A DNA stretch of 64,000 bases. It comes from Mobula hypostoma (Eukaryota). Of the stretch, positions 25,001-36,903 are shown piece by piece; positions within the stretch are counted from its first letter, which is position 1; every line of letters begins with the position of its first letter. A program made the position numbers and the translations under genes. The notes under the pieces were generated by a model, which made no database searches, had not been told where the DNA came from, and saw only the letters and a list, made by a program, of their open reading frames with translations. The stretch spans positions 132,124,001-132,188,000 of the forward strand of contig NC_086097.1 in assembly GCF_963921235.1 (NCBI RefSeq). Direction: 5' to 3'.

Positions 25001-26545
25001 GGGCTGAAATGGATAGCATGAGAGGGCATAGTTTTAAGGTGCTTGGAAGCAGGTACAGAGGAGATGTCAGGTGTAAGTTTTTTACGTAGAGAGTGGTGAG
25101 TGCATGGAATGGGCTGCCAGTGGCGGTGGTGGAGGAGGAAACAATAGGGTCTTTCAAGAGACTCCTGGATGGGTACATGGAGCTTAGAAAAATAGAAGGC
25201 TACGGGTAAAGCCTAGGTAGATCTAAGGTAGGGACATGTTCGGGTCAGCTTTGTGGGCTGAACGGCCTGTATTGTGCTGTATGTTTTCCATGTTTCTGTT
25301 TCTAAATCTGTAAGAGTTCTTTGAGGAGGTAGCAAGCAGGGTGGACAAAGGAGAGGCAGCAGATGTCATTTACTTAGATTTTCAGAAGGTGTTTGATAAT
25401 GTGCCACACATGAGGCTGCTTAACAAGATATAATCCTGTGGCGTTACAGGAAAGATACTGGCATAGATTGACGAATGTCTGAAAGGCAGGAGTCTGCGAG
25501 TGGGATTAAAGGGGGCCTTTTCTGGTTGGCTGCCAGTGACTAGTGGTGTTCCTCACTGGGACTGCTACTTTTCACATTGTTTGTCAATAATTTAGATAAT
25601 GGAATTGATGGCTTTGTGGCAAAGTTTGCAGATGATATGGGGAGAGGTGGAGGAGTAACTAGTGCTGAGGAAACAATGAAATTGCAGCGGGACTTAGACA
25701 AACTGGAAGTATGGGCAAAATAGTGGCAGGTGGAATACAGTGTTGGGAAATGTATGATAATGTATTTTGGTAAAAGGAACAATAGTGCAGACTATTGTCT
25801 AAATGGAGAGAAGTTTCAAACATCAGAGGTGCAGAGGGACTTAGGAGTTCTTGTCCAAGACTCCCAGAAGGTAAATTTACAGGTTGAGTCTGTGGTAAAG
25901 AAGTCAAATGCAATGTTGGCATTTATTTCAAGGGGAATAGAATATGAAAGCAAGGAGATAATGCTGAGCCTTTATAAGACACTAATCAGGCCACACTTGG
26001 AGCATTGTTAACAGTTTTGGGCCACATTTCTCAGAAAATCTGTGTTGTCATTGGAGAGAGTCCAGAGGCAGTTCACGAGGATGATTCTGGGAATTGTGGG
26101 ATTAACATATGAGGAGCATTTGTCTGTATTCACTGGAATTTAGAAGATTGTAGGGGGTTATTGAAACCTACTGAATGTTGGAAGGTTGAAAGGACTAGAT
26201 AGGGTAGATGTGGAGAGGATGTTTCCTATGGTGTGGGTATCCTGAATTAGAGGGCACAGCCTCAAAATTGAGGGGTGACTTTTTAGAACAGAGGTAAGGA
26301 GGAATTTTTTTAGCCTGAGAGCAGTGAATCTGTGAATTGCTCTGCCACAGACTGCAGTGGAGGCCAAGTCCGTGAGTATATTTAAGTCGGGAGTTGATAG
26401 TCGGTCAGGGCATGAAAGGATATGGTGAGAAGGCAGGTGTAAGGGGTTGAGTGGGATCCGGGATCAGCCATGATGGAATGGTGGAGCAGTCTTCATGTGC
26501 TGAATGGACTAATTCTGCTCCTATGTCTTATGGTCTTATGGTCCC
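22010..26545 (+). mobile_element. CR1 LINE (RT to 3' end) split inside its GKSCLT|NL.EFFE motif by a younger CR1
   Basis: 22010-22132 ends ..GGGAAATCTTGCTTGACA. It resumes at 25304 with AATCTGTAAGAGTTCTTTGAG, then AKFADD, and ends in a (TCTTATGG)n tail at about 26543. Confidence 0.88.
22190..25303 (+). mobile_element. CR1 LINE with the end of ORF1 and a nearly complete but disrupted ORF2 (AP endonuclease and RT)
   Basis: YFNVRSIMNKVDEL, YDVVAITE, VGDFNFP, FGDSD (endonuclease); [35 protein letters not shown] at 24391-24402 (RT). Several stops and frameshifts. Tail ends at about 25303. Confidence 0.95.
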
Positions 26546-26794
26546 TTTTCGGAAAAGACGATAGAATCAAAACCAATTACCAAAAGTGGCATTAGACAGA
26601 CACTAAAATGAACAAGGCATAGAAGGATAATGGAATTAATTTGATTTGGACAATGATCTGTGTGGGCATAAGGACTGAAGGGCCTGTTTCTGTGCTGTAA
26701 AACTCAACAACTGTGATAGATGGTCCAAATGTGCCTTCTTCTTGGCTTGTCAAAATTTTCAAATAGTATTTCTCCACATGCACCATCAATTCAT

Positions 26795-27655
26795 TGGATA
26801 AGACAGCGGCAGGTACAAATGCAGTGGCCTTTTGAGGGTCAATCAAAGGTGCTTTTTACTTTGTAAAATATGTTTTTTATGGTCCAAAGACAATTCTACT
26901 CCAAGAACATCCAGGTACTGCAGGACTACTCCATCAGTGAGCTGTTCATTGACCAGAGTAGCCGGACTGGTGCAGTGCTGGCCGAGGTGTCGAAGGAGAT
27001 GGTTGGAATATTGGAGGAGCCTGCTGATGCATTGGAGGAGTCGGTCTGGATACGGAGGAGCTGCCCTAGCTGCAGACTGTGCTGCCTGCTACTCAGAAAC
27101 ATCGGAGTTAGTGCAGTCTAACTGTGGGAGATTGTCTCGGACATTCCAACTGCGATCGCAAGACTCTGTTGGACAATGATAATGTAAGTTGCTGTAGGCC
27201 TGTTACCCTTGTCTGGTGGAGCCACAATCAACATGGGAGCTGTGTACCCTCAGTTGTAGTGAGAGCTAGGCCTCAAGCCTTGGGCTTCCTTGCTGCTGCA
27301 GACCAGGCGAGCCATGTGGAAACTCTACAGCATGGTTGAGCTCGGCTGGGGTCTGGCCTCTCCTGTCAGTGCTGCCCTCCTGTGTCTGAGCGGTGGAATG
27401 GCAAGTTGGATTGCGTGCGTCTGTATGCTACCGGGAGATTGTACCATCGCCTGCTGGGCATTGTTGCTCAGGGTCTTGGACTGTATCTGATCTTTTTTTC
27501 AAATGAATATGCTGCTTTTTTCAATATTTTGAATTATATTACTCACTATTTTTGAATGTTTGCTTGCTATTTTGAATGTTTTACACTTTGGGCCTAGAAG
27601 AACACGATTTTGTTCAGCTACATCTATTTATGGTTTGAATGAAAATCCAAATAAG
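26795..27655 (+). mobile_element. Putative non-coding LINE-dependent repeat
   Basis: GC-richer body and an AT-rich 3' end resembling Rex-type tails (GTTTGAATGAAAATCCAAATAA). No recognisable ORF. Confidence 0.35.
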
Positions 27656-27699
27656 CTTCAGTTATGAGCTACAGAAATTACAGATTTGGGAAATATAGA

Positions 27700-28870
27700 G
27701 ATAGCTAGCAGCTAACAACTTCCTTTTGTTATTGGGGTTCATGAAAAATTGATCCATTTTTCAACTAATGTGGTTAACTGAAGAGGCAAGATGTGTCTGT
27801 ATTGGAGACCAATGGCAGAAACATGGAGGGGGCAGATGGTGGCAGTTGATGAAACATGTAGTGATCTGTCTACCAAAGGTTGGCAATGTTTTAAGACAGT
27901 GTGACTGATACAATGCACAAAGGTGTCACAATAAGGGTGCTTGCCAATGGTCAACCTTTGGAGATGGTTAATGTGGAGAAGCTTTAGATTATTTAAGTTT
28001 GAGGCAAAAATGTTGTTGATTAATCAAAAAACAACAAAAAATCTTGTCAGAATGGAATATTCTTCGGTTTTGCTTCAGCTTTCTGGTGTCTGCAGTATTA
28101 CACTTATCAAAGAATTATCTGTCTCTGAAAGTCCAACCCTATGTGCCCGTTGTAAGAGGTGGAAATGGGCAAGGCCGGTCAACAGGGCTTTGGTGAAGTT
28201 GCATAGGCTAATCCCCTGTACAGTGGATAGAATGGATTATAGAAACATTGATGAACTCCAACCATACCATTGACTTTGGACAATGGAGATGAGAGGTCAT
28301 CAATGGCCTATACTCCACTGGGAGCTGAGGGCCCAAGAAGAAGAGAATTATCTCAAAACCTTTACTACTTATTGTAATTTGTTAACATATGCAGGCTTGG
28401 AGTCAGTGCAGTGCAGATTCACTAGACTGACAGCTGGAATAATGGAAATCATCTATGTGGAAAGACAGAAGATGGTCTGATAGTCAAGGGATTTTAATTG
28501 AATGAGAGTTTATCTCATTAACACATGGAACTTTCTGAAGAACAACGACAGGTTAGTTGCTGAGAGGCATCACTCAGGTTGAGGCCTTTGGAAATGGAAG
28601 GGTATCTTCTCAGAAGTGCTGGCAATATATGTGTTAAGTGGGAAAAGAGCTCCCCTAGTTGGAGGGTTATGAACCTTGGGAATTATCTTCCTTAGTAAGC
28701 TCCAAGGAGCAGTCAATGAGTACACCTAAGAAAGGTTAATAGAGTTTAGATTTCCAATGGATTAAGGAGATGTTGGAGCAGGTTAGGAGTATAAGAGTCA
28801 TCATAGAAGATCAGTCATTGAATGATGAACCACCTTGAGGGGCTGTATGGCCTGTTCCGGCTGCTCCTTC
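27700..28870 (+). mobile_element. Highly decayed CR1 LINE
   Basis: LESVQCRFTRLTAGI motif at 28397-28445 and a CR1-like 3' UTR ending GGGCTGTATGGCCTGTTCCGGCTGCTCC. Confidence 0.55.
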
Positions 28871-29960
28871 TAACCAATACATTGGAATAAGCATCAGGTA
28901 ATATGCCGGTATTCCAGCTCGTCAGGTATGGGAAATGAATGCCAAATTCACATTTTCTTATAAGCCATAAATGAAGATAATCTAGTAAAACATAAGGTCA
29001 GGTCTGCTATTCTCAGGAGGTTCATCATATACATCAGGGTAGTAACTTCCAAGAACAAGTAGCAAACAGTGTATGAGTAACTGAAAATTTCTACATTTCT
29101 TGCATGGCCAGAAGCAAGACTTTCATCATTGATAATTGATAATTTATGGGAAAGGAAGGGAAAAATGTTAATGCACATGTGTGAACTGTTCAATGCTGTT
29201 TACTTGTGTATCATCTACCACTATTTTTCCTTTTGGAAGATTATGAGTTAGCCTGATCATTTTAGGCTCTACCCCAGAGGGAATTACCTAATTCTTACAT
29301 CTGGAACCATGTAATTTCTCAAAAAGTTACCACACTTCTCATTAACACATAAGGTTGGGGGTTGGGTAGGGAAGAGAGATAAGCAGGGCTTTTTAAAATT
29401 CATTATGGATCTTGGGATTTCTTGGCCATCCATTAATACCAAAGTGTAGGCCTTCTTGAAGCAGTGTTATCCATATGCTATTGAGAAAAAACTTCAGAAT
29501 ATACACTCAGTGCTGATGAAGGAACAATGATATATTGCCAGGTCAGGATGGTGTGCAACTTGAGGGAAATGCAGGGCATTGATTGAAACCATTTCTGTAA
29601 AACAACAGGTTTTTGGTTTTATTAAATGAAAGCAATACCTGGTGTGCTTTTGGAATTAATGAGCTAAGACATTCACTGCCTCAACATCATCAGTGACAAT
29701 CTGTCATTCTCAGTGTTGCCTAGTGCAGCCGTTCACTGGAAGTCTGGGTTCTAATCATAGGCTTGGTACACGGCGGCAGATGATCTCTCTCAATGCACCA
29801 GTCATCTTCCTGCAGTGGATTTGACAGCTGATGAGCACTACCCACAAGCTGACTGGCCTTCGAAGTTATCTTTTAAACTGTGAACATCTTTGTCGTTGAC
29901 AAACATTCAGAATCACCCAAGAGCTGTAAAACAAATGTTTAAAAAAATTCAAATTTTAAG

Positions 29961-30596
29961 TGAAACACTCCGGTTTCCTGAGCTGCGTAAGTCTAGGAAA
30001 GACAATCTCCGGCCCTGCCAAACATGAGAGTGAGGCGTGTGCCCCCCAAACCCCCCGTTTGTGTGGCTGCTGTGTGATTTTCTATCTTGTTACAAATTAG
30101 TGCCACGAAATAACAGATAGTACACTGCATACAATTAGAGGAATTATATTTGTGAATCTTAACTAAAGGGTTAGTAAAGAACAACAAAAAGAAAAGGGCC
30201 CATTCTAATTAAACAAATATGCACAAGTCGGAGCTCATCTTAAACTTCTCTGTCACTCAAGCGCTGGGCCCTCGGTCAACGTGAAAGCACTCACCACCTC
30301 CTGAACGTCGTTCACAATCCATCTTGAACAAACAGGTCTCCCACCAGATCGTATGCTAAGACAGGTTCTCCCCGGCATCTTCTCTCTTCATCTCCTCTTG
30401 AAAAAAAACCCAAGACTAACCTTATTGTCCCTCACCAAGAAAAACCTTCCACAAATTGTATGGCACACATTCCACATCATTCCTTACCTTACCAACAATA
30501 ACCCAAGCAGGCTGAAAGCAGAACAAACAGCTCTTAGCAAGTTGCAAAATGAAATACCTATAGCATAACAGTAAAGATGTGAACCAGGGCACTACC
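29961..30596. mobile_element. Solo LTR (Ty3/Gypsy-type), 636 bp
   Basis: 4-bp TSD TAAG at 29957-29960 and 30597-30600. Termini TGAAACAC..GCACTACC are a decayed TG..CA. Shares blocks with 54503-55082 (TGTTACAAAT.AGT; GGTTAGTAAAGAA..GAAAAGGGCCC). Confidence 0.75.
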
Positions 30597-31159
30597 TAAG
30601 TTAGAGGACTTAAAGGACACTCACATGCATTTAAGAACAATGAAGGGCTTTTACAATAAAGGAACTAAATCAAATAAAACTATTCACTTTTATGTCTCTT
30701 AGCAGCTGATGTCTCCTGGAGACATGAGAGATTGCAGATGCTGGAATCTAGAGCAACACACAAGATGCTGGAGGAAGTCAGAGGATCAGTCAGCATCTCT
30801 GAAGGGGAATGGACAGTCGAATTTTGGGTCAAGACATTCGACCTTAATCTGGTCCAGTTGTTTTACCCATTGAGTTTCTCAGCCATTTGTCAGCTCATGT
30901 CTCCCATTTATTTCAAGGGATTGATAGCATGTGTCCATGTTTGTCTTGACTGAGCATCAAAGTTCATGGCATGGAAGGACATAAACAAAGTGCTAATGAA
31001 TAGCATGAGTGTGTTAGTCATGATGGGCTGAAGGGTTTATTTCTGTGCTGTGTGATTCTGTGATTCTTTAGCAGATTTCTTAGCCTCTAAGCTGGGAAAC
31101 TTGAAGGATCTACCACAGAGTCATAGAATTATTTACTCTTTTGCACATTGTATAAATTG

Positions 31160-31690
31160 GTAACTGATAATTAGTTTACTATTGTCACATGTATCGCGGC
31201 GCAGTGACAAAAACTTTATTTTGCATGCCAACCATACAAGTCATTTAATCATCCAGTACTCTGAGGAAGTACAAGGGAAAAGCAATAACAGAATGCAGAA
31301 TAAAGTGTTACATGACAGAGAGTTGCAGTGGAAGTAGAAAATGAAGTACAAGGCAATTAGATAGATTGTGATGTCAAGTGTCCATCCTATTGTACAAGAG
31401 GTCCATTCAAGGGTCTTATAACAGCTGTCCTTCAGGCTGGTGGTATGTGCTTTCAGGCTTTTGTATCCTCTACCTGATGAGAAGGGGGTGAAGAGAGAAT
31501 ATTGGGAGCAGAAGAGGTTTTTGATTATGATGGCTGCTTTTCCAAGGCAGCGGGAAATGCAAACAGAGTCATGGAGGGCAGGCTAGTTTCTGTGATGCAC
31601 TGAGTTGTGTGCACAAATCTGCAGTTTCTTACACTCTTGAGCAGAGCAACTACCCTTCTGTGGTGCATCTATAAAAATTAGTGAGCATCA
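31160..31690 (-). mobile_element. Rex1/Babar LINE 3' fragment
   Basis: Reverse of CTTGGAAAAGCAGCCATCATAATCAAAA (LGKAAIIIK) and a GTGACAATAGTAAAC-type tail. Confidence 0.7.
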
Positions 31691-32758
31691 AGTCCACCAA
31701 TGAAGTACAAGTCTCCCAAAACTAGCTCCCCATTGGACAGAAGGCTGAATTGAAACCGCCGCTCACAGTACTCAGGTATAACACTGTTATAGGCTGATGT
31801 CCCAGTGGATCCCAGCAGAAAGATGTCTCAACATATCTTCCTTTTAAGATTCAGCCCAGTAAGAGTGTTTTTGCATGTAAAGTAGCTTGGGAACAGAAAT
31901 GGAAGCTGAGAGAACATATTTTTCACTCATTATTAACTATTCAGAGCTTGTCAGTGTATTGTTGACACTACAACCCCCCATGAAAGTAGATCACAAAGAA
32001 ATCCAAATACCTTGATTTTTTCCGTCTTAAATCAGGTTTCTCTCAAGCAAAACCTTAAATATCTAAAATATAATCAGTTGATGGAGGAAACACTCAAGGA
32101 GTCATTATATGTTCTAATCCGGAGGTTGTTCTCCTGAAAATCTACCTCTTTCTTTCTCCATAGGTGCTGACTGGTCAGCTAACTGTTTTCAGCATCTTTC
32201 ATTATCATTCCAAAGTCAAAGCTATTTATTTAGAACTGAAAAGTAAGTTCCAATACGACTTGATTTTTTATTTACCAGCGCAAGACATATTTTTACATTA
32301 TATGTCAACTGATCTTATTTGATGAACTTGGCCAAAAGGAGAGAATGGGGTTGTGGCTTAGGATTTGCTATAATCTTATAGACTGGAAGAGATACATGAT
32401 GTGTTCTTATTCCATGAGATTTTATGTGATTTTCCATTCTTAGCACTTTAATGCCAATGCACTTGCTTCTGATTTGATAATTTTACTTTTCATATATAAT
32501 GGAATGATAATTTTCCCCCATGTTTAACTTGTGCAAATGTGTCCTTTCATGCATATGCTGAACATGTTGTATTGTATTATAAGAAACAGGACTTCAAAAA
32601 CAGGATTCAGCCTGCAACAAGTGCACACTTAGTATTTGAAATGTTAGCTGTTTATTCCCATCCATGTTGCCTGAACTGCTGAGCTCTTCCAGCACATTGT
32701 GTGTATTTCGCCAGATTTCCAGCATGTGCAGTACCTCTTGTCTACAAATTTCTATCTA

Positions 32759-32897
32759 CACTCAGTGGTCACTTTATTAGGTACCTCCTGTACCAAATAA
32801 AGTGGCCACTGAATGTTTGTTCATGGCTGTAGCTCATCCACTTCAAAGTTCGATGTGTTGTGTGTTCAGAGATGCTCTTTTGCACACCATTGTTGTG
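32759..32897 (-). mobile_element. One end of the Tc1 MITE family (hairpin-bearing end)
   Basis: TA followed by CACTCAGTGGTCACTTTATTAGGTAC. Matches the corresponding ends of 18413-19030 and 56042-57099. Confidence 0.85.
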
Positions 32898-32904
32898 CTT
32901 GCAC

Positions 32905-33457
32905 TCGTCAGCCAGGACGTTAAAGCTCGGTCATAAATGGGTCTTCCAAATAGACAATGACCCCAAGCATACCTCCAAAGTTGTGGCAAAATTGTTAAGG
33001 ACAACAAAGTCAAGGTATTGGAGTGGCCATCACAAAGCCCTGACCTCAATCCGATAGAAAATTTGTGGGCAGAACTGAAAAAGTGTGTGCGAGCAAGGAG
33101 GCCTACAAACCTGACTCAGTTACACCAGTTCTGTCTGGAGGAATGGAACAAATTTCCAGCAACTTACTGTAAGAAGCTTGTGGAAAGCTACCCAAAATGT
33201 TTGACCCAAGCTAAACAATTTAAAGGCAATGCTACTAAATACTAACAAAGTGTATGTAAACTTCTGACCCACTGGGAAAGTGAAAAGCTGAAATAAATCA
33301 TTATCTCTACTATTATTCTGACATTTCACATTCTTGAAATAAGATAGTGATCCTAACTGACCTAAGACAGTGAATGTTTTCTTAGATGTTAGGAATTGTG
33401 AAAAACTGAGTTTAAATGTATTTGGCTAAGGTGAATGTAAACTTCTGACTTCAACTC
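32905..33457 (+). mobile_element. 3' part of a Sleeping Beauty-like IR/DR Tc1 transposon (transposase C-terminus and right IR/DR)
   Basis: WVFQIDNDPKHTSKVVAK, a 1-nt frameshift, then LEWPSQSPDLNPIENLWAELKK..KQFKGNATKY* ending at 33245. Inner DR GTGTATGTAAACTTCTGACCCACTGG at 33250-33275, outer DR at 33430-33457, followed by TA. Confidence 0.93.
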
Positions 33458-34669
33458 TATTTCAGAATAATTCATCTTTTTTGTGAGGAATAGGCCTTTC
33501 TGGGAAATCACAACAAAATATGAAGTTGAAGACAGTGGATGATTTAAGCTGCATTTTTCTTGACCCTTCCAGGAAGTCCCAGGTTTTTTTATATATTAAC
33601 CAAGCCCTTTTGAAATACAGCATGTTTATTTTTGCAACCATTTTACACTTGGAAATGTCCCACACCCAACAAAGTGATAAAGACATAAATTAAGGATCAG
33701 AACTGGCCTAGGAAACTAAAGCTGAGTCCCATTCTCATCTTTGAGAATAATTTAGGAACATTTGAGGGTCACCCAGAGCTCCAGTTTAACATACTAACAA
33801 AGAGGCGATTTAGTGCAATGAAAATCTAGATGTTTGGGCGTGGTTTAGCAGAGCCGATTTTGAATCCACAACATTCTGATTCAGAGGTAGGAGAGCTAAC
33901 CAATCCACAGCTAAAAACAACATTGAAGAAAAGACACACAATGCACAGGGGCACTGCAGTGAACAATCTGTTGAATAAAAATTTGTCATACTTTCCATAT
34001 TTTCCTATGAGATAGAAGGAGGACATTCAGCCCACTGAGACTCTGCCAGCTCTCAAAACTATTCCATCATCTCTCATATTCCCAGGCAGTCTGTTCTGAG
34101 CAACATGCTCATCAGCTCCTGTTGATGCCCCTGCCAGCCACATACCCTAGGGGTAGATTACAGTAGGCAATTCACTAATCAACCTGTATGGCTTTTGGAT
34201 GGAGCTTCTTGGGGGAAACCCAAGACAAAGGGTGAACACAGGCAGCATCAGAGGTCATGATCAAAAATGGGTCACTTGTGTTACTTGTGCCACCCCACAA
34301 AGACATTCTCAGTTGTGATTCCTGTTAAGCAATAGATATATAAAACCTTACCCCTGGCTTTCCATTTCCTCTGGAAATCAATGTTTGATTATTTTGCAAA
34401 GAGTAGTTGTCCTTACTTGGGAAAGCGAATAGAGACACAAGACATGGCACATCAGAATCAGATTTAATATCACCGGCATATGTTGAGAAATCTGTTAACT
34501 TAGCGCCAGCAGTACAACTCAATACATGATAATATAGAAAGAAAATAAATAAGTAAATAAATTACAGTAAGTGTATATATACTTATATTAAATAGTTAAA
34601 TTAAAAATAGGGCAAAAACAGAAATAATAAAATTGAGTGTTCATGGGTTCAATTTCCATTTAGGAATCG

Positions 34670-34795
34670 GATGGCATATGCTGGAATGTGGAACATTTAT
34701 CATCTGGAGGACCTCAGTGGGTCAAGCAGCATTCTGTGGGAAGAAAGGAATTGATGACATTTCAGGTTGAAACCCTTCATTAGGACTGAAAGAAG
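34670..34795 (-). mobile_element. Penelope-type pLTR remnant with a near-intact minimal hammerhead core
   Basis: Minus strand of 34756-34787: AGUC-CUAAUGA-AGGGUUUCAACCU-GAAAU-GUC. Confidence 0.65.
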
Positions 34796-34849
34796 CATGA
34801 TTTTAAAAAACACCTCAAAAATAGTCAATTTCTTTTAAAATAGTAATTG

Positions 34850-35400
34850 TTCTAATTTGTAGAGAGATCATTTGCAAATAAAAGCAATCAATAGGGAGCA
34901 AACTGCCCCCAATCAGTGGAAAAGCATCAGTACGATGGTCCATTATCCTCTGAGATGCTTTGAAATCAAAGACACCAGCTCTCAAAGGGCCTTTGTCTCT
35001 CTTCCCCAAATGAGATCCACACCTTATCAGATGTAAAATTACCTCCCTGATGCATAAGAAAATCTACAACTCTCACAAAAGAAGTGTGCGCTACAATTTC
35101 TCGACAAGATTTTGCATGTCATAACATCATGTTGCGGCATTGAAAGAAAGGAAGGGGACCCCTGCCGTGACTGTTGTCACTCCAACTCGCCGACAGCCCG
35201 TTCCTGGCAGACAGCCCTGTCAGCAATTCAGAGGCATCTGAATGTACCAAAGAAATTAACTTCTGTTACTCTGACACATCGCACAATCAATACTCATGGG
35301 GCCCTTGTCGTGAAGATCAAAATTCATAAATCAAATGCAGTGAGCATGAAATAAGGTATTTGATAAATCCATTAGCTGGAGTGCCGGTCTTAGGCATCCT
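34850..35400. promoter_or_regulatory. Candidate developmental enhancer (repeat-free island)
   Basis: Pbx-Hox TGATTTATGA on the minus strand (35324-35333), Meis CTGTCA (35217-35222) and paired TCF/LEF sites CTTTGAAATCAAAG (34958-34971). Motif evidence only. Confidence 0.3.
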
Positions 35401-35689
35401 CCAAAGAAACTACTATCAGCTTCTTCCGACCACATTTACCAGCTTTAAGTGGAAAGATTTAATAAAACTTGAGGGGTAACTTCTTCACACGGAGAGTGGT
35501 GTGTATTTGGAAAGAACTGCCAGAGAATGTGTTTGAGGCAGGTACAGTACCTAATTTTTAAAGAATTTGGCCAGGTCAGCTTGAAAGTACACACCAGCAG
35601 GCTCAAGGACAACCTACCCTGCTGTTAGAGGTCTCTCGAACAGACCTCTTGTATGAAAAAGATGAACTCTTGAACTCGCAGTCTCCTGG

Positions 35690-36903
35690 TCGTGGCCCTT
35701 GCAATCTATTTTCCCACAGACCTTGGTGAACAAACTCCTACTCCTTGGTCTAAATACATCATTGTGCAACTGCAACAGACCACAGAGAATCAAGAGGCAC
35801 AACTGCTCCTTCCTCCCCATCATCCTCAACATGGGTGCCCACCCAGCATTGCGAGCTGAGCTCGTCACTTTACACTCTGCTCTTACGTGACCACACGACA
35901 AATGCTCCTGCCATGTTAATCACATTGTCAAGTTTGCCAATGACAGGACAGAGGTGGGGTTCATTACCAACAATAATGAGACTGCTTACAGAGAGGGGGC
36001 GGAAGAGCTCAGGGGCTGGTGCAAGGCAAATAACCTCTTCCTCAGTGTCAACAAGACAAGGGAGATGGTTGTCGACTTCAGGAGAACTCACGCAACTCAC
36101 ACCCCTTTTTACATCGGCAGATTAGTGGTGGAAACTGCAAGCAGTTTCACACTTCTGGGTGTGCACACCTTGCACAACCTCTCATGGTCCCAGAACGCAT
36201 CATACACTATGAAAAAAGCTCACCAATGTCTCTATTTTCTGAGGAGGCTGAAGAGAGCTGGACTATGCATGTCAATACTCACAACCTTCCACAGATGTGC
36301 AGTTAATGACATGTTACCATTGTGCATCACTGCCTGGACACTGCAATGCAGCGGAAAGGAAGGCTCTATAATGGGTAGTCAAAACTGCCTAATGCATCAC
36401 CAGTACTGCCTTACCTGCCATCAAGAGCATATATACAGAAAGATGTCAGAAAAAGACCAGCAATATCAAGAAGGATCCCATCCACTCTGCTCATGGACTG
36501 TTTGTCCCACTCCCATCAGGGAGGAGGCTATGTAGCATCCACAACAGGATCACCAGACTCAAAAACAATTATACTCCCCAAGCAGTAAGGCTGGTCTACA
36601 TTTACAACCACTAACCCACCTCCACACCCCCAACCATTGCTACATTATTATTCCCTATTAGAGTCACCTTATGTATTGACTCTTCCGTGCTTAGCATCAC
36701 TTTATGGACATAAAATAAACCTATGTATATAAGCAATCTTATGTAGTTATATTTATTGTATTTTTAAAATTATTACTGTGTTCTTTATCTTATTTTGTTT
36801 TTTTGTGCTGAATTAAATCTGGAGTAAAAATTGCTTCATTTTCTTTTACACTTGTGTACTGGAAATGACATTAAATTATCTTGGATCTTGAATCTTGAAT
36901 CTT
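35690..36903 (+). mobile_element. Rex1/Babar LINE (RT C-terminal half and 3' UTR)
   Basis: ORF 35954-36535 WCKANNLFLSVNKTREMVVDFRR..HQCLYFLRRLKR; (GAATCTT)n tail. Confidence 0.88.
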
